Of a stretch of 48,322 nucleotides of DNA, positions 46,401 through 48,322 are shown in pieces; the first letter of the stretch is position 1; each line of letters begins with the position of its first letter. The position numbers were made by a program, and so were the translations under genes. The notes beneath the pieces are model-generated. The model was not told the DNA's origin. It was given only the letters and a program-made list of their open reading frames with translations, and did no database searches. Source of the DNA: a virus (taxonomy: Duplodnaviria; Heunggongvirae; Uroviricota; Caudoviricetes); the IMG/VR virus record IMGVR_UViG_3300028805_000080, one strand, 5' to 3'.

Positions 46401-48322
46401 TATTAATGATACTAGATACCAATTATTTAGAACAACATTCACAAGTAATAATACAGATCCAGAAGTAGAATATACATTTAGATCAAACTGGCCAAACATT
46501 GCAGATGTAAATGCACAAGGTGATGTAATGGTATATTTGCCTGGTACTGTTATTATTACTATAAATTCTAGCGAGACTGAACATTTTACAGCAGGAGAGA
46601 CATGTTATCAATTAATTATAGAAGATAGAAAGAATATCAGATTAGATACTAAATACAATAAGTATCTATATGAAATGGACACTTCTTTAGTTGAGAATGT
46701 GTTTGGTTGTCCTGAATTGACATGGGATAATAGTGATCCAGATACTACATTATCATTCTGGATTAGAGATGGCGGACCTGCAGATAATCCACAATATCTT
46801 AATGATGATGAAATTCGTGCATTATTCACATTAGGATATTATGAGCTTTCTCAACGACCTGGTGAAGAACTTAATCCAAGTCCTAGTGGAGGAGATGATG
46901 AAGATCCATCAACAATAAAATATTCATTATATTTAACTGATTCAGAAAATGGTAGTGGTAGTGTTGATTTAGGATATATAGGAACCTTAGAACAATTACG
47001 TCCAAGAAGTAGTATTTATTTAATATATCCTGATATATTTTATCAAAATGATACTAATCATAGATTTGAAGTTGATAGTACAAGATTTGATATTAAATAT
47101 TATTTACCTGACAGTAATTTTGATGATAGAGCAGAAATATATACATTTGAACAAAGAAATGGTTTAGGAACCCAAGTTGGGACACATTTTACTGGAATAT
47201 TAACAACTGATTATTTTAATTTACCTGCTGCCGGTAATCGTAATTTATTGAGTCCATTAAGTAAAAGTCAAGGTGTACCATATAGTGTTAGCTCAGGTGT
47301 TGGACAACAATCTATTCAATTATTTGAATATAAAGATGAACAAGGATATCTTGATACAAATAATGTACAAATTAGTGTTGATGAAAATCGTTGTATTATT
47401 AAAGTAATGATGAGTTATTCACCAGTATATGGAACCGATGGAAATGAAAATGTAGATTATTTAGGATTTTTTACAAGTGATATATCAAACTCTCTTGGAA
47501 GTAGTATTGCTGGTAAGCCATCTGGTATTCTATGGAGAACACCAATTGAATATGGATATCATGCATATAAAGATGAAAAATTAACTCATGATAATTTAGA
47601 TCCTGAAACTCATCCTGAAGTTACTTGGTTACCTTGTTATTCTAATAAAATGATAAATAGATGGATTCAAACAAATACCGATGTTTATTTTGGAGATACT
47701 AATGATAGTCATACTGGTATGTTAGATTGGGATGTATTTTCAAATTTACCAAATCTAGCTGCAACAACAAATTTAGCTATAATAAGTTGTTTGACTAATT
47801 CTTCATATGTTTATATTTATTATGATTACCCTGGTGAAGAGTCAGAAGAAGAATTATATTTAGAAGAAAATTTATATATAGAAGAAGAAGAAACTGTACC
47901 TATTACATATAATTCAACTGTATTAGAAATGAGATTACTTGTAATGAATAATACAGGTAATCCAATAAATATTGCAGCCGGAAAAGTAAAATTCTTATTA
48001 TGTGAATATGATAATTCTACTAGAAAATATAAAATTGCCGAAGTTATTGGAACTTTAAGTGGCGGACCAACTGTATTAGAAAATAATATGGGTTCACCAG
48101 AAGAATATAAACTTACATTTCAACCAACAAGTGATCAAAATCCTAATGATTATGTACTTTGGCAATTCTGTCCAAAAAATTTATGGGGAACTTATGTTTC
48201 AAATGTAGGAATTAAAATATCTGGAGAATATTATGCTTGTAATACTGATGAAGATGGAATAAGTAAAGATGTAGTATTCTATCCAAATGATTTTGATGGT
48301 CAAATATTACATATTAAAATAT
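40426..48322 (+). CDS. Giant (>2,630 aa) Ig-like/BACON-like domain virion protein, truncated by the window end; missing from the ORF track
   Basis: ATG at 40426 (MAKKEYREKNIKEYVLQTGE...). I read frame 1 codon by codon to base 48322 without finding a stop. Contains Big_2-type repeats and G/S/P/D/N-rich linkers. Confidence 0.9.
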   Translation, partial: MAKKEYREKNIKEYVLQTGENIISSSIYDSVVYKDYRNEINRNDVTSHKNVLFTNHSNYYNDIQQLINYYEITDNPLSYFANNNTKYKYHGNEGNIEPLVCAYSYENLTSYTDNLSEWPSNTVSEVDADGNIHIDNVGLSKIKTTFYENLNYHIDNTYFLLKVLYPTNLHFIDRDNYWNLPKVSYIEPSSDNDKGNDKYLGIQLLDCTEEFDENNKVNPKNVIVRFADNRFIDYKVENIPYHYFEESKTYAFSPNYLYNYDLTGKEDYPIDKDAVKLFNSSTGTLTLNSKYLKNKDRIKITAQVAYDKNSYFYYNTYQIGQTKDENENSINNEPIIITQEYQFKKLLPMKFEVPDNTFTVYLNETIEDHKEYQNKFFPNRIVISGDNKTVPYLYASSYWNYDSYLNKETQENASPIYSYIIGWPSDWLNDSSNNEEESTNTSGDSSNDESSENLGFSKKEVNVNKNNRKVWIKLINNDSKLQSGLKFTLEGSLEFNNYEWIFIDTVKTNQNGVLEFDNVSNLFTKFRLISLNNYKFIENENSKEYIDYIICKDIIDKDNDFVKLSCEVFLDLEWKSFEFFKGYNTYLLKSDDANKLNIKDYNENYFTFDSLSQIQSITGLWDIYPYGLYTSQSTNVRSQSLGNSIKLIKDDCEVILKNTGYYKNNQLQDKDNLYYWVNSNNTARILQITKNDNIEVTDGVIASKFDGLLYLQTLLLKWNYGNYSELSLVDDIDNTIESRILDISINEEDNEETTTKGIVFGSGQGQYGTGSGIDTSKLGYPETSIEKSNANGYYQNTSKTHSWSDAFECDAAKNKIVGSINLVTSKADGLTPRVNKIWVSQGSSMFVSKDDFRFIEHSEPDGKSYTVYANNVLKNGDPTSPGREVFLDIVFGYNNDNVSTIKVCQKFDSDGAGNTGTSSGGYDSSVPDESIEGTSTGNVEIPDSAFKFSPESITVSSTGTLSNTPILINNYNLTNIKYRSSNYSVADVDPWSGEVRILDGGEANIIAKFAGDTTYAAKETSYKITANISGQGGNTPEDLPTYKFTFGYPTYRTTTIGVISDSNTYLINTENLPVVYSSSNSSVATIDSTTGIITTYSIGQTTITAIFNGNNQYNYKDATCTLIVESQNNPGGGDDPINPSTKTDLGNELSFSTNTALADTAGTLTTGPKLTNTYNLPLTFSSSDTSVATVNSNTGEVNVIGNGHTSISAIFNGNDQYNNKTIYYTLNVSISGGSGSGDQPANPDNPDNPSNPTGEFTVQSIYNSQNPLNYGGSHNTYIVIGQIKNVSEDLGNLQISSIAIQEETFGDATTSGTMISGVNDISANNNAQYNWLIKAKIQSNTSNLPKYIKVYFNFENDPNNTQYHIDVYQLKYTSSEGSDGNNQEEYNPQGTTIDKDPYSIDDPYDDEGNIRIPINYGKHTSNNSYFEDYEDEYGPIQIVDMPTLYLPENLDNNVYKHIKYTSGNPDVAELVYFKYNPLTGYEEPLTKYVSNESGEPIVNFDEAFENGYKLKLKLRILSIGESLITAEYPEADDIFEVTPPVSFNLVVKKKNIPTLELNENEFEIERKNTSIISDTTENPLNAFQIFKSPTPNIITEEDINARFKYVSSDNSIGEATEAMYNKHLKSPFKFDITKYHELSDNSGYNSNMTLEQYMYVKNSIEIGDILIFDIGKIKVTIKLRETEKYRSARINYGLSIIDPPKKTKTILQTPQATYTIRLDESQNKQVYRIFDNELDNEHKEISHFVGEYDSKKFNELLAAYPLNTGLFHHSDVGKNGHIHNYVIDRIDYITTFKDGKTLFKAPSGSWKDQDNHEYDSDKGKFNSLVNLIQAKAKYHSKDENNNNIPLFDSENIIYDLLKPKEDGSGYERGSAYVRLNCDVVYKPGSSTPSYYIFPKALEKRLKDDINKFYKNPVGPGYIDEHLSEEYPVYGEYFETYGCLISSGTKIQAIRLSTDFLDENYSSSDFYQGDGFLVKKPKNDLSLDDLMVRNNYDINDTRYQLFRTTFTSNNTDPEVEYTFRSNWPNIADVNAQGDVMVYLPGTVIITINSSETEHFTAGETCYQLIIEDRKNIRLDTKYNKYLYEMDTSLVENVFGCPELTWDNSDPDTTLSFWIRDGGPADNPQYLNDDEIRALFTLGYYELSQRPGEELNPSPSGGDDEDPSTIKYSLYLTDSENGSGSVDLGYIGTLEQLRPRSSIYLIYPDIFYQNDTNHRFEVDSTRFDIKYYLPDSNFDDRAEIYTFEQRNGLGTQVGTHFTGILTTDYFNLPAAGNRNLLSPLSKSQGVPYSVSSGVGQQSIQLFEYKDEQGYLDTNNVQISVDENRCIIKVMMSYSPVYGTDGNENVDYLGFFTSDISNSLGSSIAGKPSGILWRTPIEYGYHAYKDEKLTHDNLDPETHPEVTWLPCYSNKMINRWIQTNTDVYFGDTNDSHTGMLDWDVFSNLPNLAATTNLAIISCLTNSSYVYIYYDYPGEESEEELYLEENLYIEEEETVPITYNSTVLEMRLLVMNNTGNPINIAAGKVKFLLCEYDNSTRKYKIAEVIGTLSGGPTVLENNMGSPEEYKLTFQPTSDQNPNDYVLWQFCPKNLWGTYVSNVGIKISGEYYACNTDEDGISKDVVFYPNDFDGQILHIKI
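43261..44112 (+). repeat. Three tandem Ig-like (Big_2-type) domain repeats
   Basis: YRSSNYSVADVDPWSGEVRILDGGEANIIAKFAGDTTY / YSSSNSSVATIDSTTGIITTYSIGQTTITAIFNGNNQY / FSSSDTSVATVNSNTGEVNVIGNGHTSISAIFNGNDQY. Confidence 0.85.
44137..44184 (+). repeat. Pro-x-Asn linker repeat (PANPDNPDNPSNPT)
   Basis: cctgctaat cctgataat ccagataat ccaagcaat ccaaca: a 9-nt periodic repeat typical of surface-protein linkers. Confidence 0.7.

Noticed and set aside
1494-46829. Short opposite-strand ORFs in the track (e.g. 1494..1703, 1562..1828, 1849..2184, 4345..4563, 6531..6713, 7772..7972, 14862..15137, 17037..17387, 22454..22735, 23068..23415, 41299..41544, 44865..45185, 46608..46829) and the same-strand alternate-frame ORF 18981..19178
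   Set aside because: They lie wholly or largely inside better-supported genes and have the F/S/I/L-rich composition expected from antisense frames of AT-rich coding DNA.
1-48322. TAG-to-Gln recoding (genetic code 15), as in Lak megaphages that have similar gene content
   Set aside because: No gene is fragmented by TAG. The ORF of more than 2,630 codons and the 640-920-aa structural genes have no internal TAG, and TAG ends several genes (1181, 8638, 11928, 26973, 32548) next to the following feature. The standard code fits.
1-48322. tRNA genes, rRNA or CRISPR arrays
   Set aside because: No cloverleaf or T-loop (GTTCRA) signature in the short intergenic gaps, and no regularly spaced direct repeats were seen.

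Overview
This 48.3-kb window is very AT-rich and densely coding. It reads as part of a large T4-like (myovirus-type) jumbo phage infecting a Bacteroidota host, probably Prevotella/Segatella-like. Host evidence: Bacteroidota-type promoters (TTTG/ATTG-N19-21-TAnnTT), no Shine-Dalgarno motifs, a DUF4494 gene, a bacterial-type RecA, and Ig-like and BACON-like domains. The left 27 kb is a strand-segregated mosaic. Plus-strand islands carry small accessory genes behind host-type promoters: acyl carrier protein, M15 peptidase/endolysin, ART-fold protein, metallophosphoesterase, nucleotidyltransferase, an apparently inactive prohead-protease homologue, SprT, CCA-adding enzyme, ClpX and an AAA ATPase. 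Minus-strand islands sit behind a different, probably late, motif. The right 21 kb encodes large virion/tail-type proteins, a gp15-like tail-completion protein, and an ORF of more than 2,630 codons (40426 to the window end) that the ORF track missed. The strongest unexplained signal is a shared N-terminal leader of about 19 residues (MKxIxxFIxEKLxINKxxK) on seven otherwise mostly unrelated minus-strand proteins. Its first 10 residues resemble the T4 capsid-targeting sequence MKTYQEFIAE, which suggests a virion cargo-loading/injection system. Other highlights are a C-type-lectin-like domain apparently split across two in-frame genes, an N-terminal module shared by four tail-type proteins, and a perfect 26-bp inverted repeat. 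No tRNA, CRISPR array, DGR or stop-codon recoding was found. All family assignments come from motif recognition by eye, not database searches.
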